Source of the DNA: Candidatus Brocadiia bacterium
GTDB taxonomy: Bacteria; Planctomycetota; Brocadiia; CAIUPP01
Direction of reading: 5' to 3'
Assembly: GCA_050015075.1 (NCBI GenBank)
Contig: JBEKCB010000015.1
Span: forward strand, 1 to 64,000
Length of the DNA: 64,000 nucleotides
A program made the translations under genes and the position numbers. Below are positions 28,528 through 38,582 of the stretch, piece by piece (position 1 is the first letter of the stretch; every line of letters starts with the position of its first letter). Below the pieces are notes generated by a model, which saw nothing but the letters and a program-made list of their open reading frames with translations, did no database searches and was not told where the DNA came from.

Positions 28528-29612
28528 GGGAGTCCGAACGCCTCCGCCACAGCGCGACAGACGAGCTTCCCGCCGATCACGTTGACCCCGCGCCGGATCG
28601 CGATGTCCTCCTGCGCGGCCGTCGCGATGCCGCGGTCGGCGATCTGGACGGCGTACGGCAGCGTCACGTTGGTCAGGGCATAAGTCGAGGTGCGGCTGAC
28701 CGCGCCGGGCATGTTGGCGACGCAGTAATGGACGATGTCGTCCACCAGGTACGCCGGCTTGCTGTGCGTGGTGGGCCGGCTGGTCTCGAAGCATCCGCCC
28801 TGGTCAATCGCCACGTCCACCATCACCGCGCGCGGCTTCATGGTTTTCAAGTGCTTGCGGCGGACGAGCACGGGCGTGCGCGCTCCGGCGATGAGCACGG
28901 CGCCGATGACCAGGTCGGCGGTCCGGATGCAGGCGTTCACGGAATGCGAATCGGACATGAGCGTCCGGACGTTCGGCGGCAGGACGTCGTCGAGGTAGCG
29001 CATGCGGTCGAGGTTCACGTCGAGGACCGTCACGCGCGCGCCCATGCCGGCGGCGATCCGCGCGGCATTGGCGCCGACGATGCCGCCGCCCAGGATCAGC
29101 ACGTCCGCGGACTCGACTCCGGGCACGCCGGCGAGGAGCACGCCGCGGCCCGACATCGGGCGTTCCAGGTACTTCGCGCCTTCCTGGATCGCCATGCGGC
29201 CGGCGACTTCGCTCATCGGCGTGAGCAGCGGCAGGCCGCCCGACTCCGGCTCGATCGTCTCGTACGCGATCGCCGTGGCGCCCGATTTCATCAGCGCCAG
29301 CGTCAACGGCTTATCCGCCGCCAGGTGAAAATAGGTGAAGACGAGCTGCCCGGGCCGCAGCAGCCGGCACTCGGAGGGCTGCGGCTCCTTCACTTTCACG
29401 ATCATATCCGCGGTCTTGAAAATCTGCGCGGCCGGCTGGACGATCTCCGCACCTGCGCGGCGGTACTCCGAGTCGGAAATGCCGCTGCCGACGCCGGCGC
29501 CCGCCTGCACGCGGACGCGATGGCCGTGGGCCTTCAACTGATTGACTCCGGCCGGCGTCATCGCGACGCGGTACTCATCCGTCTTGATCTCTTTCGGAAC
29601 CCCGATGATCAT
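28512..29612 (-). CDS. ald: alanine dehydrogenase
   Basis: GVPKEIK..EYRV, VKVKEP, YFHLAA, PMSEVAGR, DVAIDQGG, YCVANMPGAV. Confidence 0.96.
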   Translation of the reverse strand: MIIGVPKEIKTDEYRVAMTPAGVNQLKAHGHRVRVQAGAGVGSGISDSEYRRAGAEIVQPAAQIFKTADMIVKVKEPQPSECRLLRPGQLVFTYFHLAADKPLTLALMKSGATAIAYETIEPESGGLPLLTPMSEVAGRMAIQEGAKYLERPMSGRGVLLAGVPGVESADVLILGGGIVGANAARIAAGMGARVTVLDVNLDRMRYLDDVLPPNVRTLMSDSHSVNACIRTADLVIGAVLIAGARTPVLVRRKHLKTMKPRAVMVDVAIDQGGCFETSRPTTHSKPAYLVDDIVHYCVANMPGAVSRTSTYALTNVTLPYAVQIADRGIATAAQEDIAIRRGVNVIGGKLVCRAVAEAFGLPCDTF

Positions 29613-29751
29613 GTGCCGTCCTTCTCTTATGAACGCCCGCAATCGCCTGGTCGGCGGATGCGGAAAGGGTCTCGTAGCGACAGGGTGAAGTTGAAAAGAC
29701 TGCGACGCCCCCCGGCGTTACCGTGCTCTCTGCGCCGTCAGCGGGACGCGC

Positions 29752-30138
29752 TTAGCGGTACCTTCCGAAGAGGCCGGGCTTGCCGACGCCTTTGACCGCC
29801 TCGTCCTCGTCTTCGTAAATGGCGATCAGCTTGTCCAGGCGCGTGATTTTGAAGACCTGCATGATGTCCGGGTTGATGTTGCAGAAGGCCATCTGACCTT
29901 TCTGCGCGGTGATTTTTTTGTTGAGGGAGATCATCTTGCCGAGCACGGCGCTGCTGAGGAATTTGATCTTCGAAAAATTGATCACGAGCCGGATCATGCC
30001 CTGCTTGTCCACCAGCTCGTTCAACTCCTGGCCGAGTTGCTGCACGTTGAACTCGTCGAGCACTTGCGAGGTCAGGAAATTGACGACCGCCACGTCGCCG
30101 ACCTGGGCCGCCATGATCAAGGCATTTTGTTTTTCCAT
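29752..30138 (-). CDS. STAS domain anti-sigma factor antagonist
   Basis: INFSKIKFLSSAVLG, VFKITRLDKL. Confidence 0.88.
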   Translation of the reverse strand: MEKQNALIMAAQVGDVAVVNFLTSQVLDEFNVQQLGQELNELVDKQGMIRLVINFSKIKFLSSAVLGKMISLNKKITAQKGQMAFCNINPDIMQVFKITRLDKLIAIYEDEDEAVKGVGKPGLFGRYR

Positions 30139-30216
30139 TCAGCGCTCTCCCTTTGCAGCGGGAATCGTGCGCTTTGCCGCCGCGAGATGCCTGGCTCCGA
30201 TTCCCGATGACGGATT

Positions 30217-30245
30217 ATGATAACAGCGGCACGCGGCCCTGTCAA
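30217..30245 (-). promoter_or_regulatory. sigma70-type promoter of the STAS gene
   Basis: Minus strand TTGACA-17 bp-TATCAT. Confidence 0.65.
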
Positions 30246-30398
30246 TCAGCACGTCAAGAGCCGTCCGGGCTTGCGGCGCGTCCGAGCGGTCCCCGCCCAG
30301 CGATTCCGGGCCGCCGGGCCCGATTTACGGCGCTTGATTTGCATTGCCGCCGGAGCTGGTCTAGGATTGTGGCGGTCCCGGATTAAGCGGAGGCGGAC

Positions 30399-31076
30399 AT
30401 GGCCGGTCGGCTGGCGCGTCGGACGTTCCTGTGGCTGATGGTGCTGTGCGTCCTGATCGTCCTCGGCATCATCGGCCGCGGCGTGTGGCTGGCGAGCCGG
30501 ACGATCTTCGATCTGCTGACGGAGAATCGCCAGCTCAAAACCGCCATCGCCAACCTGACCGCCGAGAGCCAGATCGGCCTGGCGCGGGTTATCGGGCGGG
30601 AGCGCAAGGACGGGCGGCTGCTGACCCGCGTGCGCTTCATCGAGACGGCGCGCGACGACCCATCCAGACAAATCCTCACACGGGACTGCGACATCGAAGG
30701 CGACATCGTTCATTTTGATGCTCTGATCGTGAAGTTCGACAATCGCTACGTCGCTGACGGCAAGGGGCGGGCGCTGTATCTCTGGCGGCGCATCTACGGC
30801 GAGAAGATGACGCCTGAGTCGGCTTTTCCCATCGAAGCCGCCGGCGCCGAGCCGAAGCGCTACGACGAACTGCTCGCGAAACTCTCGCTCCGCGACCGCA
30901 AGCTGTTCTGGACCGAAATCTGGAAGCTCTCCAACGACCCGGACCGCCTGAAGTCGGCCGGCGTCCAGGCCGTCTACGGCAACGACTTGTACGCGAGCCT
31001 CGTCCCGGACAAGCTCTATATTTTCAAGATCGGCAACGCCGGCCAGTTCTACATCGAGACCGTCCCCGCGCCTTGA
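30399..31076 (+). CDS. membrane-anchored hypothetical protein
   Basis: N-terminal TM, short coiled coil, GGAGG RBS. Confidence 0.7.
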   Translation: MAGRLARRTFLWLMVLCVLIVLGIIGRGVWLASRTIFDLLTENRQLKTAIANLTAESQIGLARVIGRERKDGRLLTRVRFIETARDDPSRQILTRDCDIEGDIVHFDALIVKFDNRYVADGKGRALYLWRRIYGEKMTPESAFPIEAAGAEPKRYDELLAKLSLRDRKLFWTEIWKLSNDPDRLKSAGVQAVYGNDLYASLVPDKLYIFKIGNAGQFYIETVPAP

Positions 31077-31082
31077 TCCGGC

Positions 31083-32003
31083 TCACGCCGGGATCGGCCG
31101 CCCGTACCTCAGCAGTTGCACCAGCCAGGAGGTGTAGGTCTCGAAGTCGCGCTTGTTGAGAAACGTCAGCGGCTCCCAGACGACGTCCGATCCGCCGGCG
31201 GCGAGGAGTTCCACGCCCCGGTTCATCGGAACGCCTTGCGCGAGGTGGCGCAGGTTGAACGCGCAGCGATAGAGCGGGCCCACCGTATCCTCCGGTTCGC
31301 GCCGCATCTCCGTCATCGAGAACGCGGCGGCGTTCTGATCGAGCCGCAGCAGGCGCCAAGGCTCGATCAGGACCACGTCAATCAGGAATTCGTGCCGCTT
31401 TTCCATGACCAGCGCCGTCGTCCGGCCGCGCGCCTCCGAGATCAATTCGTCGGCCGCTTCGACGGCGCGCTCGATCTCGAGACGGCCGCAGGAAATGAGG
31501 AAGACTTCATCCCAACGGGCCGCGATGCGCTCCGTCCGGTCCCACGCGTACGCCTCGCAGCGGATCCCTTCGGCGGCCACCATGATGTCGCGTATCCGCA
31601 TGACCGGCGGAAGCGCGGCGCAGTCCGCGTCGGCGAGGACCAGCACCGGCGCGGAAAGTTCGCGCTCGGCCTTTTCTGCGAGCGCGACGGCGATCGGCGC
31701 GGGCAGTCCCTTTGCGATGAACCCTCGGGAGTTGCGCAGTTCCCTCGTCACGTCCGGCAGAGGCCGCTTGACCGCCTCAGCCACGAGGCGCCCGACGCGG
31801 CGGACGTCCATTTCACCGCCGCCGGCGTATAGCACCGTACAGGGGCCCTGGAGATGCGATCGGTCCGGCGGCGGGATAGCGCAAGGCCGCGCAGCGGGCG
31901 CTGCGGCGGGCGCTTCAAGCGCGGCGCCGCAGGAGACGCAGAACCTTGCGCCGCCGGACGCTTCCTTGCCGCACTTGGGGCATAATGGAATCGGGGAATT
32001 CAT
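31083..32003 (-). CDS. zinc-ribbon domain protein
   Basis: CPKCG...FCVSCG at the N-terminus; co-oriented downstream of rfbD. Confidence 0.7.
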   Translation of the reverse strand: MNSPIPLCPKCGKEASGGARFCVSCGAALEAPAAAPAARPCAIPPPDRSHLQGPCTVLYAGGGEMDVRRVGRLVAEAVKRPLPDVTRELRNSRGFIAKGLPAPIAVALAEKAERELSAPVLVLADADCAALPPVMRIRDIMVAAEGIRCEAYAWDRTERIAARWDEVFLISCGRLEIERAVEAADELISEARGRTTALVMEKRHEFLIDVVLIEPWRLLRLDQNAAAFSMTEMRREPEDTVGPLYRCAFNLRHLAQGVPMNRGVELLAAGGSDVVWEPLTFLNKRDFETYTSWLVQLLRYGRPIPA

Positions 32004-32007
32004 CTTC

Positions 32008-32898
32008 TCACTGCATCGTCCCGCGGCCGGCCGCGATGGGTGACTCCGTCCGCACGTATTGGCTCAGCGCCTCCGCCCACGGGCGCATGATGTGGCCGGT
32101 CCTGCGCCGCAGTTTCTCCACGCTCAGCGGCGAACAGGCCGGGACGGCGGCGACGCGGGGAAAGGCCGAGGAATCCACCGGCCGCAACCGCGTCCGCAGC
32201 CCGGCGCACTCGAACATCAGCTTCACCTGTTCATACCGCGAACACGCGCCGCTGTTGGCCGCGTGGAAAATCCCCGTTTCGCCGGAACGCGCCAGCGCGA
32301 TCAGCGCGGCGGCCAGGTCGCGCGTCCACGTCGGCGAGCCGACCTGGTCCGTCACGACGGAGAGTTCCTCCTTCTTCGATCCGAGTTGCAGCATGCGGTC
32401 CACGAAGTTCATCCGCGTCCGGCCGTAGAGCCACGCCGTGCGCGCGACGATCCACTTCCCCGCGCGTTCGGCCACCAGCCGCTCGCCCGCGAGCTTCGAC
32501 CGGCCGTAGACCGAAAGCGGCGCGGGCGGATCGTCCTCGGCGTACGGTGCGCCCTTCCGCCCGTCGAACACGAAATCCGTGCTCACGTGGATCAGCAGGG
32601 CGCCGAGCGACGCGGCCGCGTCGGCCACGAGCCCGGCGGCCGTGGCGTTCAAGGCGAAGGCCAGGTCGCGCTTGGACTCGCACCCGTCCACGTCGGTCAT
32701 CGCCGCGCAGTTGAAAATCACCGCCGGCTTCAGCCCGGCCAGGGCGCGGCGCAGCGAGCGTTCGTCGGTGATGTCCACTTCCGGCAGGTCCGCCGCGAGC
32801 ACCTCGGCGAACGCGTCGGCCTTGCGGCACGCCTCGACCAGGTCCACTCCGAGCATCCCGCGGCCGCCGAGGACCGCCGCATTTCCGAGTGCCGCCAT
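32008..32898 (-). CDS. rfbD: dTDP-4-dehydrorhamnose reductase
   Basis: GGRGMLG, STDFVFDG, YGRSK, DQVGSPT. Confidence 0.95.
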   Translation of the reverse strand: MAALGNAAVLGGRGMLGVDLVEACRKADAFAEVLAADLPEVDITDERSLRRALAGLKPAVIFNCAAMTDVDGCESKRDLAFALNATAAGLVADAAASLGALLIHVSTDFVFDGRKGAPYAEDDPPAPLSVYGRSKLAGERLVAERAGKWIVARTAWLYGRTRMNFVDRMLQLGSKKEELSVVTDQVGSPTWTRDLAAALIALARSGETGIFHAANSGACSRYEQVKLMFECAGLRTRLRPVDSSAFPRVAAVPACSPLSVEKLRRRTGHIMRPWAEALSQYVRTESPIAAGRGTMQ

Positions 32899-32901
32899 CC
32901 C

Positions 32902-33927
32902 TTATTCCTGCAATCCGTGGCGTTCGTGGTAGTGCTTGCGGTAGTACTCCTGGTACTCGCCGGTCTGCACTCGGCGCAGCCAATCCTGGTGCTCGCAGTA
33001 CCAGCGCACGGTCCGGGGAATGCCTTCGGCGAGGGAGACGAGCGGCTTCCAGCCCAGCTCGCGCGAGAGCTTCGAGGAGTCGAGCGCATACCGCCGGTCA
33101 TGCCCGGGCCGGTCCTTCACGAACTGGATGAGCGACTCCGGCTTTTTCAACTCGCGCAGGATCAGGCGCGCCAGTTCGATGTTCGGCAGTTCGTTGGCGC
33201 CGCCGACGTTGTACACTTCGCCCGCGCGGCCGCGCTCCATCACCGCCTCGATCGCGCGGCAATGGTCCTCGACGAACAGCCAGTCGCGCACGTGCAGGCC
33301 GTCGCCGTAAACCGGGATCGGGCGGTCCGCCAGCGCGTTGCCGATGAAGACCGGGATCGCCTTCTCCGGAAACTGGAACGGGCCGTAGTTGTTCGTGCAG
33401 CGCGTGATCGTCGCGTCCATGCCGTAGGTCCGCTGGAACGCGCGGACGAGCAGGTCGGCGCCGGCCTTGCTGGCCGAATAGGGATTGTTCGGCTGGAGCG
33501 GCGAATCCTCCGTGAACAGGCCCGACGGGCCGAGCGAGCCATAGACCTCGTCCGTCCCGACCTGGATGAACTTGCGGACCTTGCACTTGCGGGCGGCGAC
33601 CAGCAGCGCGTGCGTCCCGCCGACGTTGGTCAGGATGAACGGCGCCGAGTCCTGGATGCTCCGGTCCACGTGCGTCTCTGCGGCGAAATTGACGACCGAA
33701 TCCACGCCGTCGGCGAGCAGCCGAGCGACGAGCGCCTCGTCGCAGATGTCGCCGTGGACGAACCGGTGGCGCGGGTCGCCTTCGATCTCGGAGAGGTTCA
33801 CCAGGTTCCCCGCGTACGTGAGCTTGTCCAGGTTGACGACCTGGAGGTCCTTCCGCGTCCGGAGGAGATGAAGGACGAAATTCGAGCCGATGAACCCGCA
33901 GCCGCCGGTGACCAGAATCTTCCGCAA
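32902..33927 (-). CDS. rfbB: dTDP-glucose 4,6-dehydratase
   Basis: VTGGCGFIGSNF, DKLTYAGN, AAETHVDRSI, TDEVYG, YSASK, DRPGHDRRY; TTG start after AGGAGG. Confidence 0.96.
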   Translation of the reverse strand: MRKILVTGGCGFIGSNFVLHLLRTRKDLQVVNLDKLTYAGNLVNLSEIEGDPRHRFVHGDICDEALVARLLADGVDSVVNFAAETHVDRSIQDSAPFILTNVGGTHALLVAARKCKVRKFIQVGTDEVYGSLGPSGLFTEDSPLQPNNPYSASKAGADLLVRAFQRTYGMDATITRCTNNYGPFQFPEKAIPVFIGNALADRPIPVYGDGLHVRDWLFVEDHCRAIEAVMERGRAGEVYNVGGANELPNIELARLILRELKKPESLIQFVKDRPGHDRRYALDSSKLSRELGWKPLVSLAEGIPRTVRWYCEHQDWLRRVQTGEYQEYYRKHYHERHGLQE

Positions 33928-34073
33928 GACAGCGCCTCCTCTTGCACCTGGGAACACACCGGATTATATCGGTCGCTCTCCCAAACGGCAAGGCGAATGG
34001 GCGCGTTGACACGCTGAACGCCGGAGTGCTAGGCTCACACCTGTCTTCGCCCGGAACTCCATTGAGGAACGCG

Positions 34074-36797
34074 ATGTTCTCCATCATCGAGTGGGACCGC
34101 TCTCCTGAAACTGACCCGGTTCTGGTCCGGGCCGCGGACGAGGGCCGGCGCGAGGTCGCACGTCCGGCGCGGCTCGACGCTCCGGCGCCGGGCGAGACGC
34201 TCGTTTGTTTCAAATCGGATGCCCCGTCCGCGGAAGAGTCCGCCACGCTGCAAACCCTGTTCGCCCTCGGCAAGCTGCTCGATGGCGCGCTGCTGGCGCG
34301 CGTGGTGCTGCCGAGGGAGCCGTCGCGCGATCTTCCGGCGCTGGCCGCGCACTACGGCCTGAAAGTCGGCGGGCCCGACGCGCCCGCGCGCGCGCTCGCG
34401 GCGGCGGAACTGTTCGCCCGGCTGGTCGCCGACCTGAAGAAGAAACCGCTGGCGGCGCTCGACGAAATGCGCCGCCTGCTCGCGCCGACGCAACACCCGC
34501 TGCGCCCGCTGATCGAAGAGGCCGCAAAGCTCGCGCTCAAGGGCGGATTCGGCGCGCGGGCGAAGACGCTCCGCGACCTCCTGCCCACTGAATCTGGTCC
34601 GCGCTGGACCACCCGCGAGCCGCCGGTCGAGCCGCCGTCGCTGCTCGACGTGGAGCGGGTCTGCGGCGTCTTCTCGCCGCAGGGCGCGCTCGCGCAGGGC
34701 TTCGCCGCGTACGAGCATCGGCCGGAGCAGCTCCGGATGGTGCGCGAGGTGTGCGAGGCGTTCAACGAGGGACTCGTCGTCATGGTCGAGGCCGGCACCG
34801 GCACCGGCAAATCGCTCGCGTACCTGGCGCCCGCGATCCTGTGGGCGGCGCAGAACCGCGACCCGGTCGTGATCTCCACCAACACGAAGAACCTGCAGTC
34901 CCAGCTCTTCGAGAAGGATCTGCCGTTCCTCGAAAAGGCGCTCGGCGGGAATTTCCGGTACGCGCTCATCAAGGGGCGGGCGAACTATCTCTGCGTCCGG
35001 AAATTGCTCATGCTCCTTGGCGCGGCGGAGCGGGAACTCTCCGACGGCGAGCGCGTCGAAATCCTTCCGGCCATCTCCTGGCTGGCGGAGACGGAGACCG
35101 GCGACGTGGCCGAACTCTCCGGCCTCAAGGGCGGCATGGAGTCGGAACTGTGGGCGCGGATGGCGACGCAGCGCGACGAATGCCTCGGGCCGCGGTGCCG
35201 CTTCGCGCGCAACTGCTTCGTGCGCAGGGCGCGGGCGCGCGCGCTCCAATCGGACGTGGTCGTCGCGAACCACTCGACCGTCTTCTGGGAAGCGGGCGAT
35301 GCCAGCGTCGCGCTTCCGCCGTTCCGCTGCATCGTCTTCGACGAAGCGCATAACCTCGAAAACATCGCGACCGACGCCGCGACGATCCGCGTGGCGCCGT
35401 GGCAACTCTCGCGCGTGCTCAATCGCCTCTTCCGCGCCCAGCGCGACGGCGCCGGCCGCGGTCTGTTCGCGAACCTGCAGCACCAGCTTTCGCTCGCCGC
35501 GGCGGAATTGCCCGCGGGCCAGGCCGACCGGCTGGCCGAGGTGGTCCGGCTTTCCATCGAGGCGTTCCCCGAGGCGCGCAGCGCGGCCGAATCGCTCTTC
35601 GGCGGCCTGGCGCTGCTCCTCGACGAGTCCGGCCAGCGCGTCGAGCGGCTCCGGTATGACGCCGATCGCCGGCCGGATGACTGGCCGCAACTGGCTCGCT
35701 CCGCGCAGGCCTTCGCGGATGTCGTAGAGCCGCTCGCCAAGGCGCTGGAGGGGCTGGCGAAGCCGTGCGCCGAGGCCGCCGACGCGAAGGCCGACCGCGA
35801 GCCGTTCGCCACGCTCAGAGAAGTGGCCGTGGAGATCGCCGCGCAGGCGTCGCTGCTGCGAGAGATGCTCGAACACCTCGACAAGGTCCTCAAGGCGAAC
35901 GACGAGGACGCCGTGTACTGGATCGAGCGCGAGCCGGGCCGCGCCGGCGCGTCGTTCAACGCCGCGCCGCTCGATATCGCCGCGCTGATGGAAGCGACGA
36001 TCTTCTCGCGGGTGCGGACGGCGGTCTTGACGTCGGCGACCTTGACCGTCGCAGGGAATTTCGATTTCATGCGCGACCGGCTCGGCATGCGCGGCGCGGT
36101 CTCGACGCGCCTGCGCGTGGCCGACCTCGGCACCTCCTTCGACTTCGAGCGCCAGGCGCTCCTGGCCGTGCCGTCGTTCCTGCCGGAGCCGAGGACGGAC
36201 GGCCCGGACTTCGTCCGCCCGTTCAGCGCGCTGGCGGCGGACATCCTGACCGCGACGCGCGGCCGCGGGCTGGTGCTCTTCACCTCGCACGCCATGCTCC
36301 GCGAGGCGTATCCGGCGATCAAATCCGCGCTGGCGCGCAGCGGCATCCGAGTCATGGCGCAGGGAGTGGACGGCGAGCGGTCCAGGCTGATTACGCGTTT
36401 CAGCCGCGAGACCTCATCGGTGCTGCTCGGCACGCAGAGTTTCTGGGAAGGCGTGGACGTGCCGGGCGAAGCGCTCAGTTGCCTCATCGTCGCCAAGCTG
36501 CCGTTCCGCGTGCACACCGACCCGCTCGTCTCCGCGCGCTGCGAGGCGCTCAAACGCAAAGGACGGAACGACTTCAACGACTACATGGTGCCGGACGCCG
36601 TGATCCGGCTCAAGCAAGGTTTCGGCCGCCTCATCCGCACTCGCACCGACCGGGGCGTGGTGATCGTGTGCGACCCGCGCCTGGTCACGAAGGGCTATGG
36701 CAAGACATTCCGCGACTCGCTGCCCGCCCGAACGCGAGTGTTCAAGGACCAGGCGCAGTTGGTCGGCGCGGTGCGGGAGTTTCTGGAAGTTAGGTGA
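34074..36797 (+). CDS. dinG: DinG family ATP-dependent helicase with N-terminal DnaQ-like remnant
   Basis: EAGTGTGKS, KGRANYLC, DEAH, LFTS, FWEGVDVPG, QGFGRLIR. Confidence 0.9.
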   Translation: MFSIIEWDRSPETDPVLVRAADEGRREVARPARLDAPAPGETLVCFKSDAPSAEESATLQTLFALGKLLDGALLARVVLPREPSRDLPALAAHYGLKVGGPDAPARALAAAELFARLVADLKKKPLAALDEMRRLLAPTQHPLRPLIEEAAKLALKGGFGARAKTLRDLLPTESGPRWTTREPPVEPPSLLDVERVCGVFSPQGALAQGFAAYEHRPEQLRMVREVCEAFNEGLVVMVEAGTGTGKSLAYLAPAILWAAQNRDPVVISTNTKNLQSQLFEKDLPFLEKALGGNFRYALIKGRANYLCVRKLLMLLGAAERELSDGERVEILPAISWLAETETGDVAELSGLKGGMESELWARMATQRDECLGPRCRFARNCFVRRARARALQSDVVVANHSTVFWEAGDASVALPPFRCIVFDEAHNLENIATDAATIRVAPWQLSRVLNRLFRAQRDGAGRGLFANLQHQLSLAAAELPAGQADRLAEVVRLSIEAFPEARSAAESLFGGLALLLDESGQRVERLRYDADRRPDDWPQLARSAQAFADVVEPLAKALEGLAKPCAEAADAKADREPFATLREVAVEIAAQASLLREMLEHLDKVLKANDEDAVYWIEREPGRAGASFNAAPLDIAALMEATIFSRVRTAVLTSATLTVAGNFDFMRDRLGMRGAVSTRLRVADLGTSFDFERQALLAVPSFLPEPRTDGPDFVRPFSALAADILTATRGRGLVLFTSHAMLREAYPAIKSALARSGIRVMAQGVDGERSRLITRFSRETSSVLLGTQSFWEGVDVPGEALSCLIVAKLPFRVHTDPLVSARCEALKRKGRNDFNDYMVPDAVIRLKQGFGRLIRTRTDRGVVIVCDPRLVTKGYGKTFRDSLPARTRVFKDQAQLVGAVREFLEVR

Positions 36798-36817
36798 TTG
36801 GGAAACAGGAGGACTGC

Positions 36818-37414
36818 TTGAGAAAATCGTTGCGCTTTTTCCGGGAATACTGCCGTAACTTCAAAGAGATCGGCTCCGTCGTGCCGGACTCGAGGAGCTG
36901 CGTGAACTCTCTGCTCCGGATGGCGCCGTTCGCCACGGCGAAAGTCATCGTCGAGTTCGGCTCCGCCAGCGGCGCCGTCACGCGCGAGATCATCAGGCGC
37001 AAGCGACCCGGGACGATCTTCATATCCTTCGAGAAAAACCCGCGCCTGCACGGCCACTTGAAGGCAAGCACGAAAGGGGAGAACGTGTTCCTCGTCAACG
37101 AGGACGTCTTCAACTGCCCGAAAGTTCTGGCCGACGTATTCGGCATTCTCGAAAAAGGCGTAGATTGCATCGTCTCGACGCTTCCATGTTCCTGCATGGA
37201 TTTCGACGGCCTGCTCCGCCATTCGGTGCTGCCTGTCCTGAAAGACAACGGCCATTTCATCCAATACATGCACACACTGACCCTGCTCAAAGGCTTCAAC
37301 GCAAAGCGTTATCTAAGAAAGCACTTCACCAGACTGCATTCCGATTTCGTCTTGTTCAACATCCCGCCAGCGCTCGTATACACCTGTCTGCGGACACCGC
37401 GGAACGCTCCTTGA
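36818..37414 (+). CDS. class I SAM-dependent methyltransferase (phospholipid N-methyltransferase-like)
   Basis: IGSVVPDS, VIVEFGSASG, DCIVSTLP, FIQY, NIPPALVY. Confidence 0.75.
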   Translation: MRKSLRFFREYCRNFKEIGSVVPDSRSCVNSLLRMAPFATAKVIVEFGSASGAVTREIIRRKRPGTIFISFEKNPRLHGHLKASTKGENVFLVNEDVFNCPKVLADVFGILEKGVDCIVSTLPCSCMDFDGLLRHSVLPVLKDNGHFIQYMHTLTLLKGFNAKRYLRKHFTRLHSDFVLFNIPPALVYTCLRTPRNAP

Positions 37415-37439
37415 CAAGCCCTCCACGCGAGGATAGATT
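37411..37439 (+). promoter_or_regulatory. sigma70-type promoter
   Basis: TTGACA-17 bp-TAGATT. Confidence 0.65.
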
Positions 37440-37474
37440 GCGCGTTGGCAACATGCGCGAAGGAGGAGAATTGT

Positions 37475-38467
37475 ATGTTGTGGTTGTCACGCGTAATGAA
37501 GACATGCATATTCATATTGGCGATGGCTTTAATGGTCGTGACCGCCGCGTGTGTAAAGAATGACAGCGGTCGGGACGCCGGGATGCCCATCAGCGACAGA
37601 ATCCCATCAATGGAGTTCATTAAGGCAGTTGTCCGCCATAACGAGGAGGTTGTTTCAACGCTCAAGGCCGACTGGACAGTGGAGTACCAATATCTGGAAG
37701 CGTTTAAGGAATTGAATCCGGAATATTGGGGGCAAATGGACGACGCGCAGCTCGTTTTGGCGCAACAGCGTGGTCGGATAGTTAGAGATTCTACAGGGCG
37801 TTATCGTCTTGAAATGACTACCGAGTTCACCTCAGGCAGGCTCCGGGAGTCGGTGTGTGGCTATGATGGCAGCGCCTTCAAGTGGTATGACGTCATGCCC
37901 AAAGAGCCAGCCTACGGGCAAAACGGGCGCATCAGCGCGAAGACGCAGCAGGTTCCTCTCCTTTCGCCGGACAGGCTTGCGGGATATTGGATTGATTGGA
38001 TGCGCTTGAGCGAATACCTCGAGAAATCAAAGATGAAGGAGATTCGAGAGACGACGGACTCGGCCGACAGAAGGTTTGTCGAAGTCGACACGATCCACTT
38101 CGCAGATGCGAACGTCATGGTTCGCTTTCGGCTTGACCCTGAGAAGGGCTACTGTGTCACCGCCATTGACACCTACATGGTGAACCCTCCTGCACGGCCG
38201 TTCTCAACAATTGAGACGACCGAACTTAGAGAAATTCGAAAAGGGACCTGGTTTCCGACGGAAGGAGTTCTGAAGCTGTTTGAGTGGGTTGATGCGCAGC
38301 ACAAAGCTCTTGAAACCATTAGCCAGCATCTCAAAGTGAAGTCGCTACAGGCAGGCTTCACACCTAAGGACGATATGTTTTATATAAGCTTTCCGAAGGG
38401 TACCTCAGTCCTTAATGAGATGGATGGGACATCGTATCGCATTGGTGTAGCTCCGGAGCACCCATAA
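37475..38467 (+). CDS. exported hypothetical protein (possible lipoprotein), AT-richer than host
   Basis: AGGAGGAG RBS, hydrophobic N-terminus ending TAAC, beta-rich body. Confidence 0.7.
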   Translation: MLWLSRVMKTCIFILAMALMVVTAACVKNDSGRDAGMPISDRIPSMEFIKAVVRHNEEVVSTLKADWTVEYQYLEAFKELNPEYWGQMDDAQLVLAQQRGRIVRDSTGRYRLEMTTEFTSGRLRESVCGYDGSAFKWYDVMPKEPAYGQNGRISAKTQQVPLLSPDRLAGYWIDWMRLSEYLEKSKMKEIRETTDSADRRFVEVDTIHFADANVMVRFRLDPEKGYCVTAIDTYMVNPPARPFSTIETTELREIRKGTWFPTEGVLKLFEWVDAQHKALETISQHLKVKSLQAGFTPKDDMFYISFPKGTSVLNEMDGTSYRIGVAPEHP

Positions 38468-38495
38468 GCGCCCGCACGAAAGGCGCCCGGAAACG

Positions 38496-38537
38496 AAACT
38501 GCCGGCGTTCGCTACGGGGCGAACGCCGGCAGTTTTT
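38496..38537. terminator. bidirectional intrinsic terminator
   Basis: AAACTGCCGGCGTTCGC-tacggg-GCGAACGCCGGCAGTTTTT between convergent genes. Confidence 0.85.
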
Positions 38538-38582
38538 CAAGCATTACGGCTAGCGCCTTACGGCGCCACTACGAACCGTCTT

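Noticed and set aside
29640-29750. Possible riboswitch upstream of ald
   Set aside because: Only short GC hairpins; no recognisable glycine, ZTP or other aptamer consensus
32008-33927. rfbB-rfbD without rfbA/rfbC
   Set aside because: Split rhamnose pathway genes are common; the others may lie elsewhere
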